Positions 12,641-25,635 of a DNA stretch of 64,000 bases are shown piece by piece (the first letter of the stretch is position 1; every line of letters starts with the position of its first letter). The stretch is from Mobula hypostoma (Eukaryota). Below the pieces are notes generated by a model. The model ran no database searches and was not told the DNA's origin. It saw only the letters and a program-made list of their open reading frames with translations. The position numbers and the translations under genes are program-made. The DNA is taken from positions 251,784,001-251,848,000 of the forward strand of contig NC_086097.1 in the NCBI RefSeq assembly GCF_963921235.1. The letters are read 5' to 3'.

Positions 12641-13255
12641 TTAGATTTTTTTTAGATTATGAGGACACGCAGTCCTCTTTTATTGTCATTTAGTAATGCA
12701 TGCATGTGGTGTTGTATCACAGAAACACAAGACAGACCAAGACTGAAAAACTGACAAAAACCATATAATTATTACATATAGTTACAACAGTGCAAGCAAT
12801 ACCATAACTTGATGAAGAACAGGCCATGGGCATGGTAAAAAAAGTTCAAAGTCTCTCGAAAGTTCCACATCTCACGCAGACGGGAGAAGGAAGAAAACTC
12901 TCCCTGCCATGCCCGACCACAGTCCGACTCTGAGTTGTCCGAAAACTCCGAGCCTCCGACCAGCCCTCCAACACCAAGCACCGAGCACCATCTCTGCCGA
13001 GCACTTCGACTCCAGCCCCAGCCGCCAGCAGCAGGCAAAGCCGAGGATTTAGGCCTTCCCTCCGGAGATTCTCAATCACACAGTAGCAGCGGCAGCGAAC
13101 TGGCATTTCAGAAGTTTCTCCAGATGTTCCTCCGTGCTTCTCACGGTTGTCTCCATCGAATCAGAATTGTGCACGGCTCCTATTTAACAAACACGATATC
13201 ATTTCACCAGGGAGGCTACACGTGCTGCGTTGCGCCGCCATCTTCTCTTCCCGCA
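12641..13255 (-). mobile_element. Unclassified ~610-bp SINE-like retro-insert nested in a Penelope-derived fold-back element (~12575-13405)
   Basis: Interrupts GGAGGAACTCA|GCA.GCCAGGCAGC; simple-repeat tail (TTAGAT) at the left, GC-rich head at the right. Confidence 0.55.
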
Positions 13256-13699
13256 GGATTAGCACGCCAGGCAGCATCTATGGAAGACAGTAAACAGTCA
13301 AAGTTTTGGGCCAAGACACTTCGTCAGGACCAGCCCAAAACGTCAACTGCTTTCTCTTTTCCATAGATGCTGCATGGCCTGCTGAGTTCCTCCAGCATTG
13401 TGTGTTTCAATTAAATAAGTGATTAAATGCCCAACCAACACCTTCTACCTACATAATGTCAATACCTTTTGAGTCCTGAAGGGTCACGGCCTTAAACAAT
13501 GATTGTTTATTCCTCTCCATAGATGTTGCCTGACCTGCTGAGTTCCTCCAGCATTTTGTCTGTGTTGCTCTGGATTTCCAGCATCTGCAGAATCTCTTGT
13601 AATTATGATTTCCTACACATCTGTGTGTTTGTCTAAGAGCCCTACTCTACTGCCTCTACCACCATCCCTGCCAGCAAATTCCAGGCACCCACCTTGTTG

Positions 13700-14176
13700 A
13701 CACCTCTCGGTGGGGTTAACAATGGATGTTGCATCCCAGTGGTCTAGATACACAAGCTAGGGCAGTACGACATGGGGAGCAAGATGTCGCCCACGTAGCA
13801 AACTCCCCCTCTCCATGCAGCTGATGAATCCAAACGAACCTCAGTGACCCATACAGTTTGGCATCAGTGGTGTCACAGGAGTTGTCAGTCAGTGTTGAGT
13901 TCAACACATGACTGCCTTAGGGAGTCCAGTTCTGGATTTTTCCTCAGGGTTTACTCCCAAAGCCTTCCCCACAAGTGGGTTTGAGATCAGAGTCTCAAAC
14001 CATGGCTGATGAGCCCCATCTGCCCAGAGCAACTGCTTTTGCCCCTTCTCTTGTCAGTAGAAATGGTACCGCTGGGTTATCAGAGTCTATTTGAGACACA
14101 CGCCACTGGGAGCATTTAATAGGTAATAGGAACTTAACTCCACTGCCACCCCCAGTTATGACAACCTTCAGGAACC
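13700..14176 (-). mobile_element. Non-autonomous RTE-type 5'UTR-derived element, copy 1
   Basis: Colinear with 41094-41625; both copies begin on the minus strand with GGTTCCT.AAGGTTGTCATA. Confidence 0.7.
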
Positions 14177-15299
14177 AAGGCATGTAAAAAAAAATGTCCT
14201 GCATATCTCCTTTCAGCTTACTCCGTCACTTTAGGTCAGGCGTTCCCAACCTCGGGTCCAGGTACCCCACGAAAATGGTCAGGGGCCAAGGCATAAAAAA
14301 GGTTGGCCTCCCTTGCTTTAAATGCAAGCCCTCTAGTGTTAGATACTTCAACCCAGGGAAAAAGATATCGCCTATCTATCTAAACTTATCAAAAGTAGAT
14401 CTCTCTTCAGCCCCCACTGCTCCAGAGAAAACAACCCAAGTTTGTCTAACCTCTCCTGACAACTCACACCCTCCAATCCATGTCTTGTAAACTTCTTCTA
14501 CACCCTCTCCAAATCCTCAGTGAGGTGACCAGAACCGACTAACAGATATCAATAAGATTGAAGGAGAAGAGAGAAAATTTACAAGGATGCTGCTGGGACT
14601 TGAGAACCTGAGTTTTAAGGAAAGGTTGAATGCATTAGAATTTCATTTATTTAGGAATCGGCGTGGAGTAGGCCCTCTGGCCCTTTGAGCCATTCCGACC
14701 CGCAACCTCCAACAAATCCGATTAACCCTAACCTAATCACAGGACAATTTACAATGTCCAGTTAACCAACCCGGTACATCGTGGGTCTGTGGGAGGAAAC
14801 CAGAGGATGTGGGGGAAACGCATGAATTCCATGGGGGGGGGGGACATGCAGAGACTCCTTACAGGACAGCTCTGGAATTGAACTCCAAACCCCAGGATTC
14901 ACTGGCTTTACTCCCTGGACTGTAGGAGAATGAGAGCAGATATGATAGAGGGATACAAAATTTTGAGGGGTATAGATGGGGTAAGTGCAAGTAGGTTCTT
15001 TCCACTGAGATTGGGTGAGACTAGAATAGAGGACGTGGGTTAAGGTGAAAGGTGAAATTTTCACTGGGATCATGGGAGGGAACCTTTTCATTCGGAGTGT
15101 GAAACGAGCGGCCAATGCAAGTGGTGGATGTGGACTTGATTCCAACATTTAAGAGAAGTTTGGATGAGTTCTAAAAAAAAATAAAATAAGGCAACATGTT
15201 TTCTGTAAAGGGAAATCATGCCTGACAAATCTGTTAGAGTTCTTCGAGGAAGTTGGTATATCTTTCCCCCAGGCTACTGTGGGAGGTGAGGGAGGAGAT

Positions 15300-16788
15300 T
15301 GTTGAGCCTCTGGCAATGATCGTTGCATCATCAATGGGGACGGGAGAGGTTCCGGAGGATTGAAGGGTTGCAGATGTTGTTTCCTTATTCAAAAAAGGGA
15401 GTATAGGTAGCCCAGGAAATTATAGACCAGTGAGTCTTACTTCAGTTGTTGGTGAGTTGATGGAAAATACCCTGAGAGGCAGAATTTATGAACATTTGGA
15501 GAGACATAATATGATTAGGAATAGTCTGCATGGCTTTGTTAAAGGCAGGTCAAAGTGCCTTACAAGCCTGATGGAATTTTTTGAGGATTGGACTAAATAC
15601 ATTGATGAAGGTTGAGCAGTAGACGTAGTGTATATGAATTTCAGCAAGGCATTTGATAGAGTACCCCATGCAAAGCTTATTGAGAAAGTAAGGAAGCATG
15701 GGATCCAAGGGGACATTGCTTTGTGGATCCAGAACTGGCTTACCAACAGAAGGCAAAGAGTGGTTATAGACGGGTCATATTCTGCATGGAGGTTGGTGAC
15801 CAGTGGTGTGCCTCAGGGATCAGTTCTGGGACCCTTACTCTTCGTGATTTTTATAAATGATCTGGATGAGGAAGTCCAGGGATGGTTTAGTAAATTTGCT
15901 GCTAACACAAAGATTGGGGTGTTGTGGATAGTGTGGAGGGCTGTCAGAGGTTACAACGGGACATTGATAGGATGCAAAACTGGGCTAAGAAGTGACAGAT
16001 GGAGTTCAACCCAGATAAGTGTGAGATAGTTCATTCTGGTAGGTCAAATATGATGGCAGAATATAGTATTAATGGTAAAACTCTTGGCAGTGTGGAGGAT
16101 CAGAGGGATCTTGGGGTCCGAGTCCATGGGACACTCAAAGCTGCTGTGCAGGTTGACTCTGTGGTTAAGAAAGCATCAATCGTGGGATTGAGTTTAGGAG
16201 CAGAGAGGTAATGTTGCAGCTATACAGGACCCTGGTCAGACCCCACTTAGAGTACTGTGCTCAGTTCTGGTCGCCTCACTACAGGAAGGATGTGGAAACC
16301 ATAGAAAGGGTGCAGAGGAGACTTACAAGGATGTTGCCTGGATTGGGGAGCATGCCTTATGAGAAAAAGTTGAGTGAACTCAGCCTTTTCTTTTTGGAGT
16401 GGCGGAGGATGGGAGGTGACCTGACAGAGGTGTATAAGATGATGAGAGGCATTGATCCTGTGGATAGTCAGAGGCTTTTTCCCAGGGCTGAAATAGCTAG
16501 CACGGGAGGGCACAGTTTTAAGGTGCTTGGAGGTAGGTACAGAGGAGATGTCAGGAGTAAGTTTTTTACGCAGAGTGGTGAGTATGTGGAATGGGCTGCT
16601 GGCGATGGTGGTGGAGGCTGATACGATAGGGTCTTTTAAGAGACTCCTGGATAGGTACATGGAGCTTAGAAAAATAGAGGGCTAAGGGTAACCCTAGGTA
16701 ATTTCTAAGCTAAGGACATGTTCAGCCCAGCTTTGTGGGCTGAAGGGTCTGTATTGTGCTGTAGGTTTTCTATGTTTCTATGTTTCTA
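15300..16788 (+). mobile_element. 5'-truncated, decayed CR1
   Basis: [41 protein letters not shown]; tail (TTCTATGT)n. Confidence 0.93.
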
Positions 16789-18028
16789 AGTAGCAAACAG
16801 GGTGGACAAAGAAGAGACAGTGGATGTCATTTACTTGTTTTCAGAAGGCATTTGATAAAGTGCCACACATGAAGCTGCGTAACAAGATATAATCCTATGG
16901 CGTTACAGGAAAGATACTGGCACAGATAGTCGAATGGCTGGCAGGTGGATACCGTGAGTGGGAATAAAAGGGACCTTTTCTGGTTGGCTTCCAGTGACTA
17001 GCGGTGCTCCTTAAGGGTCAGTATTGGGACTGCTGTTTTTCACGTTGTTTGACAATGATTTAGATAATGGAATCTGCTCTCACTCCATCCTCCCACCACC
17101 CCACTAGGAATAGGGTTCCCCTGGTCCTCACCTACCACCCCACCAGCCTCCGGGTCCAACATATTATTCTCCGTAACTTCCGCCACCTCCAACGGGATCC
17201 CACTACTAAGCACATCTTTCCCTCCCCCCCTCTCTCTGCATTCCGCAGGGATCGCTCCCTACACAACTCCCTTGTCCATTCGTCCCCCCATCCCTCCCCA
17301 CTGATATCCCTCCTGGCACTTATCCGTGTAAGCGGAACAAGTGCTACACATGCCCTTACACTTCCTCCCTTACCACCATTCAGGGCCCCAAACAGTCCTT
17401 CCAGGTGAGGCATCACTTCACCTGTGAGTCGACTGGGGTGATATACTGCGTCCGGTGCTCCCGATGTGGCCTTTTATATATTGCTGAGACCCGACGCAGA
17501 CTGGGAGACCGCTTTGCTGAACATCTACGCTCTGTCCGCCAGAGAAAGCAGGATCTCCCAGTGGCCACACATTTTAATTCCACATCCCATTCCCATTCTG
17601 ACATGTCTATCCACGGCCTCCTCTACTGTAAAGATGAAGCCACACTCAAGTTGGAGGAACAACACCTTATATTCCGTCTGGGTAGCCTCCAACCTGATGG
17701 CATGAACATTGACTTCTCTAACTTCTGCTAGGCCCCACCTCCCCCTCGTACCCCATCTGTTACTCATTTTTATGCACACATTCTTTCTCTCACTCTCCTT
17801 TTTCTCCCTCTGTCCCTCTGAATATACCTCTTGCCCATCCTCTGGGTCACCACCCCCCCCCCCGTCTTTCTTCCCGGACCTCCTGTCCCATGATCCTCTC
17901 GTATCCCCTTTTGCCAATCACCTGTCCAGCTCTCGGCTCTATCCCTCCCCCTCCTGTCTTCTCCTATCATTTTGCATCTCCCCCTCCCCCTCCAACTTTC
18001 AAATCCCTTACTCACTCTTCCTTCAGTT

Positions 18029-18064
18029 AGTCCTGACGAAGGGTCTCGGCCTGAAACGTCGACT
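18029..18064 (+). ncRNA. Minimal type I hammerhead ribozyme (Penelope pLTR)
   Basis: AGTC-CTGACGA-agggtctcggcct-GAAAC-GTC^-GACT: intact core, stem I AGTC/GACT, palindromic ACGT stem III. Confidence 0.88.
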
Positions 18065-18198
18065 GTATCTCTTCCAATAGATGCTGCCTGGCCTGCTGCG
18101 TTCACCAGCAACTTTGATGTGTGTTGCTTGAATTTCCAGCATCTGCAGAATTCCTGTTGTTTGCGTTTAAATTCACTACTGCGAAGCCTCTTCCGGTG

Positions 18199-21100
18199 AT
18201 GCCTACACCGAAGAAGTTTAGATCCTCTCTTCGACGGAAGTTCAGTGAAACCATCTCTCACTGCTCCCCATCTGTGATTTCTTCGGCTCTTCAACTTTTC
18301 GACCAGACTTTGACTCAAACTCGCTATCACTGCCATGTATCCTTTCTTGGAACGTGCCTCCGTCGCCAACTTACTCCAGTTGGCTTTAGGATTCGTTTCC
18401 AAGCCTCTCAATTTGGACCTTCTGAGGATCCCAGGTACTCACATTTTATTGACTCTGCCTCTCGCCGCTTCTCCCGTCAAGCTCTGAAGGCGACGCTCTC
18501 CGCCATGAGGAGGTACTTGGTGTCCCTATCCCAGACCCTTCCACACCTTCGGGACACTTTCTTCACCGTCTGTAATGGTCCTACCCGCTATTTCATCCTC
18601 CGTCGGATCCACGCCTGCAATCGCCGTTTCTTTGACTTTGTCATGTTAGGCAAAGATCGCAAGATCTTACATCTACGGACTCCAGAGCCTGCCGGCCCCG
18701 ACGCTAGCAGGCATGAACTTTCAATTGCGGTCTCTGCCATTGATCTCGGCGGCTCCAACACCTCAGGACATATTCAAAACCCGGACTCCAGCAACGACCA
18801 TGGACACCTTCACAGCGATTGCACAACCACCAACTGCGACTCCAGCCTTGAACTCCAGGCCGGGTCTTTATGTGCTGCTGTTGTGACTCCCGTCTCCCCT
18901 TCCCCCACCACCACTCCGCAGCCCCGTCTTCCTCAGATCCCACCGTCAACTCCTGGGCCCTCAGAGGCTCCATCTTCCTCTCACCCCAACCCTCCCCTCA
19001 CCATTGACACCCCCAGCCTCCCCCCTCCCCCCTCTGATCCCAGCTCTCATCCGTGCCGGGTCTTTACCATCCCCTCCGACCTTCAACTGTCGGAGGCAGA
19101 ACGCTCTGTTCTCAGTAAGGGCTTCACGTTTGTCCCCCTTCGCCCACACCTCAGCGAGTTCCGTGTTCGCCATGATGCGGAACTTTTCTTCCGCCGTCTC
19201 CGTCTCCGAGCCTACTTCTTCGGCAAGGACTCTTCCACCCCCACCGATGACCCCTTCTCCCGTCTTTAACCCTCCTTTTCTTCATGGACACCCCGCTCTG
19301 GTCTTCTGCCTGCTCTGGATCTCTTTATTGCCAACTGCCGACGGGACATCAACCGTCTCGACTTCACCGCACCTTGTCCCCATTCCAACCTCACTCCTTC
19401 GGAACGCTCTGCTCTCCACTCCCTCCGCACTAATCCTAACATTATTATTAAACCCGCTGATAAAGGGGGTGCTGTTGTAGTCTGGTGTACTGACCTCTAC
19501 CTTGCCGAGGCACAGCGACAACTCGCGGATACCTCCTCTTATTTACCCCTCGATCGTGACCCCACTAAGGAGCACCAGGTCACCGACTTTATCCGCTCAG
19601 GGGATCTCCCATCCACTGCTACCAACCTTATAGTTCCCACACCCCGCACTTCCCGTTTCTACCTCCTACCCAAGATCCACAAACCTGCCTGTCCTGGCCG
19701 ACCTATTGTCTCAGCTTGCTCCTGCCCCACCGAACTCGTTTCTGCATACCTCGACACGGTTTTATCACCCCTTGTTCAATCCCTTCCGACCTATGTTCGT
19801 GACACTTCTCACGCTCTTAAACTTTTCGATGATTTTAAGTTCCCTGGCCCCCACCGCTTTATTTTCACCATGGATGTCCAGTCCTTATATACTTCCATCC
19901 CCCATCAGGAAGGTCTCAGAGCTCTACGCTTTTTGGATTCCAGACCTTATCAGTTCCCCTCTACCACCACTCTGCTCCGTCTAGCGGAATTAGTCCTTAC
20001 TCTTAATAATTTCTCCTTTTGCTCCTCCCATTTCCTCCAAACTAAAGGTGTAGCTATGGGCACCCGTATGGGTCCGAGCTATGCCTGCCTTTTTGTTGGG
20101 TTTGTGGAACAATCTATGTTCCGTGCCTATTCTGGTATCTGTCCCCCACTTTTCCTTCGCTACATCGACGACTGCATTGGCGCTGCTTCCTGCACGCATG
20201 CAGAACTCGTTGACTTTATTAACTTTGCCTCCAACTTTCACCCTGCCCTCAAGTTTACCTGGTCAATTTCCGACACCTCCCTCCCCTTTCTAGATCTTTC
20301 TGTCTCTGTCTCTGGAGACAGCTTATCCACTGATGTCTACTATAAGCCTACTGACTCTCACAGCTATCTGGACTATTCCTCTTCTCACCCTGTCTCTTGC
20401 AAAAACGCCATCCCCTTCTCGCAATTCCTCCGTCTCCGCCACATCTGCTCTCAGGATGAGGCTTTTCATTCTAGGACGAGGGAGATGTCTTCATTTTTTA
20501 AAGAAAGGGGCTTCCCTTCCTCCACTATCAACTTTGCTCTTAAACGCATCTCCCCCATTTCACGTACATCTGCTCTCACTCCATCCTCCCACCCCACTAG
20601 GAATAGGGTTCCCCTGGTCCTCACCTACCACCCCACCAGCCTCCGGGTCCAACATATTATTCTCCATAACTTCCGCCACCTCCAGCGGGATCCCACCACT
20701 AAGCACATCTTTCCCTCCCCCCCTCTCTCTGCATTCCGCAGGGATCGCTCCCTACACAACTCCCTTGTCCATTCGTCCCCCCTATCCCTCCCCACTGATA
20801 TCCCTCCTGGCACTTATCCGTGTAAGCGGAACAAGTGCTACACATGCCCTTACACTTCCTCCCTTACCACCATTCAGGGCCCCAAACAGTCCTTCCAGGT
20901 GAGGCATCACTTCACCTGTGAGTCGACTGGGGTGATATACTGCGTCCGGTGCTCCCGATGTGGCCTTTTATATATTGCTGAGACCCGACGCAGACTGGGA
21001 GACCGCTTTGCTGAACATCTACGCTCTGTCCGCCAGAGAAAGCAGGATCTCCCAGTGGCCACACATTTTAATTCCACATCCCATTCCCATTCTGACATGT

Positions 21101-21225
21101 CTATCCACGGCCTCCTCTACTGTAAAGATGAAGCCACACTCAAGTTGGAGGAACAACACCTTATATTCCGTCTGGGTAGCCTCCAACCTGATGGCATGAA
21201 CATTGACTTCTCTAACTTCTGCTAG
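18199..21225 (+). pseudogene. Penelope RT-GIY-YIG polyprotein (1009 codons including the terminal stop, one internal stop)
   Basis: ATG at 18199; a single TAA at 19267-19269, with the frame otherwise open through KPADKGG, FYLLPKIHK, MDVQSLYTSI, GVAMG, RYIDD, CKRNKCYTC and VIYCVRCSRCGLLYIAET...RFAEH. Confidence 0.93.
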
Positions 21226-21517
21226 GCCCCACCTCCCCCTCGTACCCCATCTGTTACTCATTTTTATGCACACATTCTTTCTCTCACTCTCCTTTTTCTC
21301 CCTCTGTCCCTCTGAATATACCTCTTGCCCATCCTCTGGGTCACCCCCCCCCGTCTTTCTTCCCGGACCTCCTGTCCCATGATCCTCTCGTATCCCCTTT
21401 TGCCTATCACCTGTCCAGCTCTCGGCTCTATCCCTCCCCCTCCTGTCTTCTCCTATCATTTTGCATCTCCCCCTCCCCCTCCAGCTTTCAAATCCCTTAC
21501 TCACTCTTCCTTCAGTT

Positions 21518-21553
21518 AGTCCTGACGAAGGGTCTCGGCCTGAAACGTCGACT
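21518..21553 (+). ncRNA. Minimal type I hammerhead ribozyme (second pLTR)
   Basis: Same motif as 18029-18064. Confidence 0.88.
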
Positions 21554-22007
21554 GCGCCTCTTCCTATAGATGCTGCTTGGCCTGCTGCGTTCACCAGCAA
21601 CTTTGATGCGTGTTGCTTGAATTTCCAGCATCTGCAGAATTCCTGTTGTTTTTGTAGATAATGGAATTGATGGCTTTGTGGCAAAATTTGTGGATGACAC
21701 GAAGATAGGTGGAGGGGTAGTTAATGCTGAGGAAGCAATGTGATTGCATCAGGACTTAGTCAAATTCGAAGAATGGGCAAAAGAGTGGCAGATGGAATAC
21801 AGTGCTGGGAAATGTATGTTAATGCACTTTGGTAAAAGGAACAATAGTGCAGACTATTATCTAAATGGGAAGAAGGTTCAAACATCAGAGGTGCAGAGGG
21901 ACTTAAGAGTCCTCGTACAAGACTCCCAGAAGGTTAATTTACAGGTTAAGTCTGTGGTAAAGAAGGCAAATGCAATGTTGGCATTTATTTCAAAGGGAAT
22001 AGAATAT

Positions 22008-23477
22008 AAGACCATTAGACCATAAAATATAGGAGCGGAAGTAGGCCATTCAGCCCATCGAGTCTGCTCCACCATTCAATCATGGGCTGATCTAATTTTT
22101 CCAGTCATCCCCACTACCCTGCCTTCTCCCCATACCCTTTGATGCCCTGGATAATCAAGAACCTATCTATCTCTGCCTTAAGTACACCTAATGACTTGGC
22201 CTCCACAGCTGCTTGTGGTAACAAATTCCATAGATTTACCACCCTCTGACTAAAGTCATTTCTCTGCATCTCTGTTCTAAATGGACGTCCTTCAATCCTG
22301 AAGTCATACCCTCTTGTCCTAGACTCGCCTACCATAGGGAATAACTTTGCTATATCTAATCTGTTCAGGCCTTTTAACATTCAGAATGTTTCTATGAGAT
22401 CCCCCCCTCATTCGCCTGAACTCCAAGGAATATAGCCCAAGAGCTGCCAGACATTCCTCATACTGTAACCTTTTCATTACTGCAATCATTCTCGTGAATC
22501 TTCTCTGAGCTCTCTCCAATATCAGTATATCCTTTCTAAAATAAGGAGCCCAAAACTGCACACAATACTCCAAGTGTGATCTCACGAGTGCGTTATAGAG
22601 CCTCAACATCACATCCCTGCTCTTATATTCTATACCTCTAGAAATGAATGTCAACATTGCATTCGCCTTCTGCACCACTGACTCAACCTGGAGGTTAACC
22701 TTTAGGGTATTCTGCACAAGGACTCCCAAGTCCCTTTGCATCTCTGCATTTTGAATTCTCTCCCCATCTAAATAATAGTCTGCCCGTTTATTTCTTCCAT
22801 CAAAGTGCATGACCATACATTTTCCAACATTGTATTTCATTTGCCACTTCTTTGCCATTCCCCCAAACTATCTAAGTCTCTCTGCAGGCTCTCTGCTTCC
22901 TCAACACTACCCGCTCCTCCATCTATCTTTGTATCATCGGCAAATTTAGCCACAAATCCATTAATCCCATAGTCCAAATCATTGACATACATCGTAAGAA
23001 GCTGTGGTCCCAACACTGACCCATGTGGAACTCCAGTGCTAACCGGCAACCAGCCAGAATAGGATCCCTTTATTCCCACTCTCTGTTTTCTGCTGATCAG
23101 TCAATGCTCCACCAATGCTAGGAACTTCCCTGTAATTCCATGGGCTCTTATCTTGCTAAGCAGCCTCATGTGCAGCACCTTATCAAAGGCCTTCTGAAAA
23201 TCCAAGTACACTACGTCTACTGCATCTCTTTTGTCTACCCTGCTTGTAATTTCCTCAAAAAATTGCAGTAGGTTAGTCAGGCAGGATTTTCCTTCCAGGA
23301 AACCATGCTGGCTTTGGCCTATCTTGTCATGTGCCTTCAAGTTCTCTGTAATCTCATCCCTAACAATCGATTCCAACAACTTCCCAACCACTGATGTCAG
23401 GTTAACAGGTCTATAGTTTCCTTTCTGCTGCCTCCCACCCTTCTTGAATAGCAGAGTAACATTTGCAATTTTCCAGT
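22008..23477 (-). mobile_element. 5'-truncated CR1
   Basis: SQHGFLEGKSCLTNLLQF, YLDFQKAFDKV, AKFADD, LVRSHLEYC, 3' UTR. Confidence 0.94.
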
Positions 23478-24026
23478 CATATAAAAGTAATGAGATAATG
23501 CTGAGCCTTTATAACACACTAGTCAGGCCGCACTTGGAGTATTGTCAACAGTTTTGGGCCCCATATCCCAGAAAGGATTTGTTGTCATTGGAGAGAGTCC
23601 AGAGGAAGTTCACGAGGATGATGCCAGCAATGAAGGGGTTAATATATGAGGAGCATTTGGCAGCTTTGGGCCTGTACTCACTAGAATATAGAAGAATGCG
23701 GGGGAATCTCATTGAAACTTATTGAATGTTAAAAGGACTAGATAGGGTGGATGTTTCCTACAGTGAGGGGTGACCCTTTAGAACAGCGGTAGGGAGTATT
23801 TCTTTTAGCCAGAGAGTAGTGAATCTGTGGAATGCTCTGCCACATACTGTGCTGGAGGCCAATCCATGTGTATAGTTAAGGCGGAAGTTGGTCGTTTCCT
23901 GATCTGTTGGGGCATCAAAGGATATGGCAAGCAGGTAAGTGTATGGAGTTGAGTGGGATCCGGGATCAGCCACGATGGAATGGCGGAGCAGACTCAATGG
24001 GCTGAATGGTGTAATTCTGCTCCTAT
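23478..24026 (+). mobile_element. CR1 3' fragment
   Basis: [29 protein letters not shown]; the tail resumes after the LTR at 24569. Confidence 0.88.
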
Positions 24027-24568
24027 TGTAACCCTCAGGTTTGGCTGGCGGCGTTAGTTTAGGGAAGACAGTCACTGGCCCTGCCAAACATGTGAAATCT
24101 GAGGTGCAAAACCTCCTGTTTGGGTGGATGCTTTGTGATGTGTTCCCTGTTACAAATCAGTACCATAAAATAACAAACAGTACACATGTAATTAAACGAT
24201 TTAGCTTTATAATTCTTAATTTGACTAGAGGGTTAGTAAAGAATACAAAAGGAAAAGGGCCCATTTTAATGAAAGAGTCTAATGTGCACATTGGAGCTCA
24301 TGGTTTCCCTTCCATTAATCCTCCATCGATTTCCCCTGGGCATCGTCGACTCCTGATCCCATTCTAAGTCCACTTAGTCCTGCAGTCTATGACCTCTCCA
24401 TTCTGACATCTTCATTCTCCATCTTCTGCCAAACAAAAGGCCACAAATACCTCATTCTCGGGCACACAAGAAAGGAAAAAGCCTCCTCTCATTGGACCAC
24501 GCACATTCCAAAGCCCCCATTATCTCTAGTCATAACCCCAAAAGTGAAACCCTTCCCAGGGCGTTACA
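24027..24568. mobile_element. Solo LTR (542 bp)
   Basis: TGTAAC...GTTACA termini with a 4-bp TSD CTAT (24023-24026, 24569-24572), inserted in a CR1 tail. Confidence 0.88.
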
Positions 24569-24891
24569 CTATGTTTTATGGTCTTATCGTACATGGATGT
24601 GAGCGGTATGGAGGGCTCAGGTCCCTGTGTAGGTCAATGGGAGTTGGCAGTTTAAACGGTTTGGTATGGACTAGATGGGCAAAGGGCCTGTTTCTGTGCT
24701 GTAGTGTTCTATGTCTCAATGACTAAATGCAATACAGATATTAAGATAGATAGGAAAGCTGAATTTTAGAATTTGCAAGGTACTCATTGATTAGTGGATA
24801 TTTTACGTTTGTACTTCATGGTGAATAAGAAACTATGTTATCCACAAGTAGTATTACATTTCCATAAAAAAATTATTCTTTCTTTTGTTAG

Positions 24892-25096
24892 AATTATCGT
24901 CGTGGAAGCCATTTCATTCCAGAGAAAGCCTTTATCCTATTCTCTGCTGATCAGTCCCAACAATCTCTTCAGTATCAACGAGGAGAACGGGGAGTTGAGT
25001 CTGATACACAGCATTGACTATGAAAGTGAACCTCACCTCTACCATCTGCTGGTCCGGGTGCAGGAAGCTGAGACAGGTCTCACCAGTGTCACTGAG
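24892..25096 (+). CDS. Cadherin gene exon B
   Basis: ttttgttag|A acceptor, GAG|gtatga donor; IIVVEAISFQRKPLSYSLLISPNNLFSINEENGELSLIHSIDYESEPHLYHLLVRVQEAETGLTSVTE; phase 2 in, phase 0 out. Confidence 0.93.
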
Positions 25097-25114
25097 GTAT
25101 GAGGATGTTCAACC

Positions 25115-25635
25115 TATCTGCAAAAGACAACAAACTGAGCAAATACAGAAAGACAGAGTAAAATAAATAATAATAATAAATAAATAAGCAATAAGTATCG
25201 AGAACCTGAGTCCTTTAAAGTGAGTCTATAGGTTGTGGGAACAGTTCAGTGATGGGGCAAGTCAAGTTGAGTGAAGTTAACCCCTCTGGTTCAAGAGCCT
25301 GATAACTGTTCCTGAACCTGGTGGTGTGAGTCCCAAAGCCCGTGTACCTTCTTCCTGATGGCAGCAGTGAGTAGAGAGCATGGTCTGGATGGTAGGAGTT
25401 CTTGATGATGGATGCTGGTTTCCCGCGATAACGCTCTGTGTAAATGTAGGGGTGGGCTTTACCCATATCTTCTACTTTTTGTAGGATTTTCCATTCAAGG
25501 GCATCGGTGTTTCCATACCAGGCTGTGATGTAGCCAGTCAATACACTCTCCACCACACATCTGTAGAAGTTTGTCAAAGTTTTAGATGTCGTGCTGAATC
25601 TGTGCAAACTTCTAAGGAAGTAATATAGAAACACC
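25115..25635 (-). mobile_element. Rex1/Babar LINE 3' fragment
   Basis: TLTNFYRCVVESVLTGYITAWYG, HPDHALYSLLPSGRRY, TTRFRNS. Confidence 0.85.

Larger units (their letters stand above)
17074..21654 (+). mobile_element. Penelope-like element (Neptune-type), partial tandem: 5'-truncated copy 17074-~18160 followed by a full unit
   Basis: 13-bp TSD TAGATAATGGAAT at 17061-17073 and 21655-21667 inside a CR1; 17074-18160 is nearly identical to ~20570-21650; RT and GIY-YIG domains. Confidence 0.96.

Noticed and set aside
17770..18411. Minus-strand ORFs over the Penelope termini (also 21019-21684)
   Set aside because: Antisense to a pyrimidine-rich UTR/pLTR; no recognisable domain
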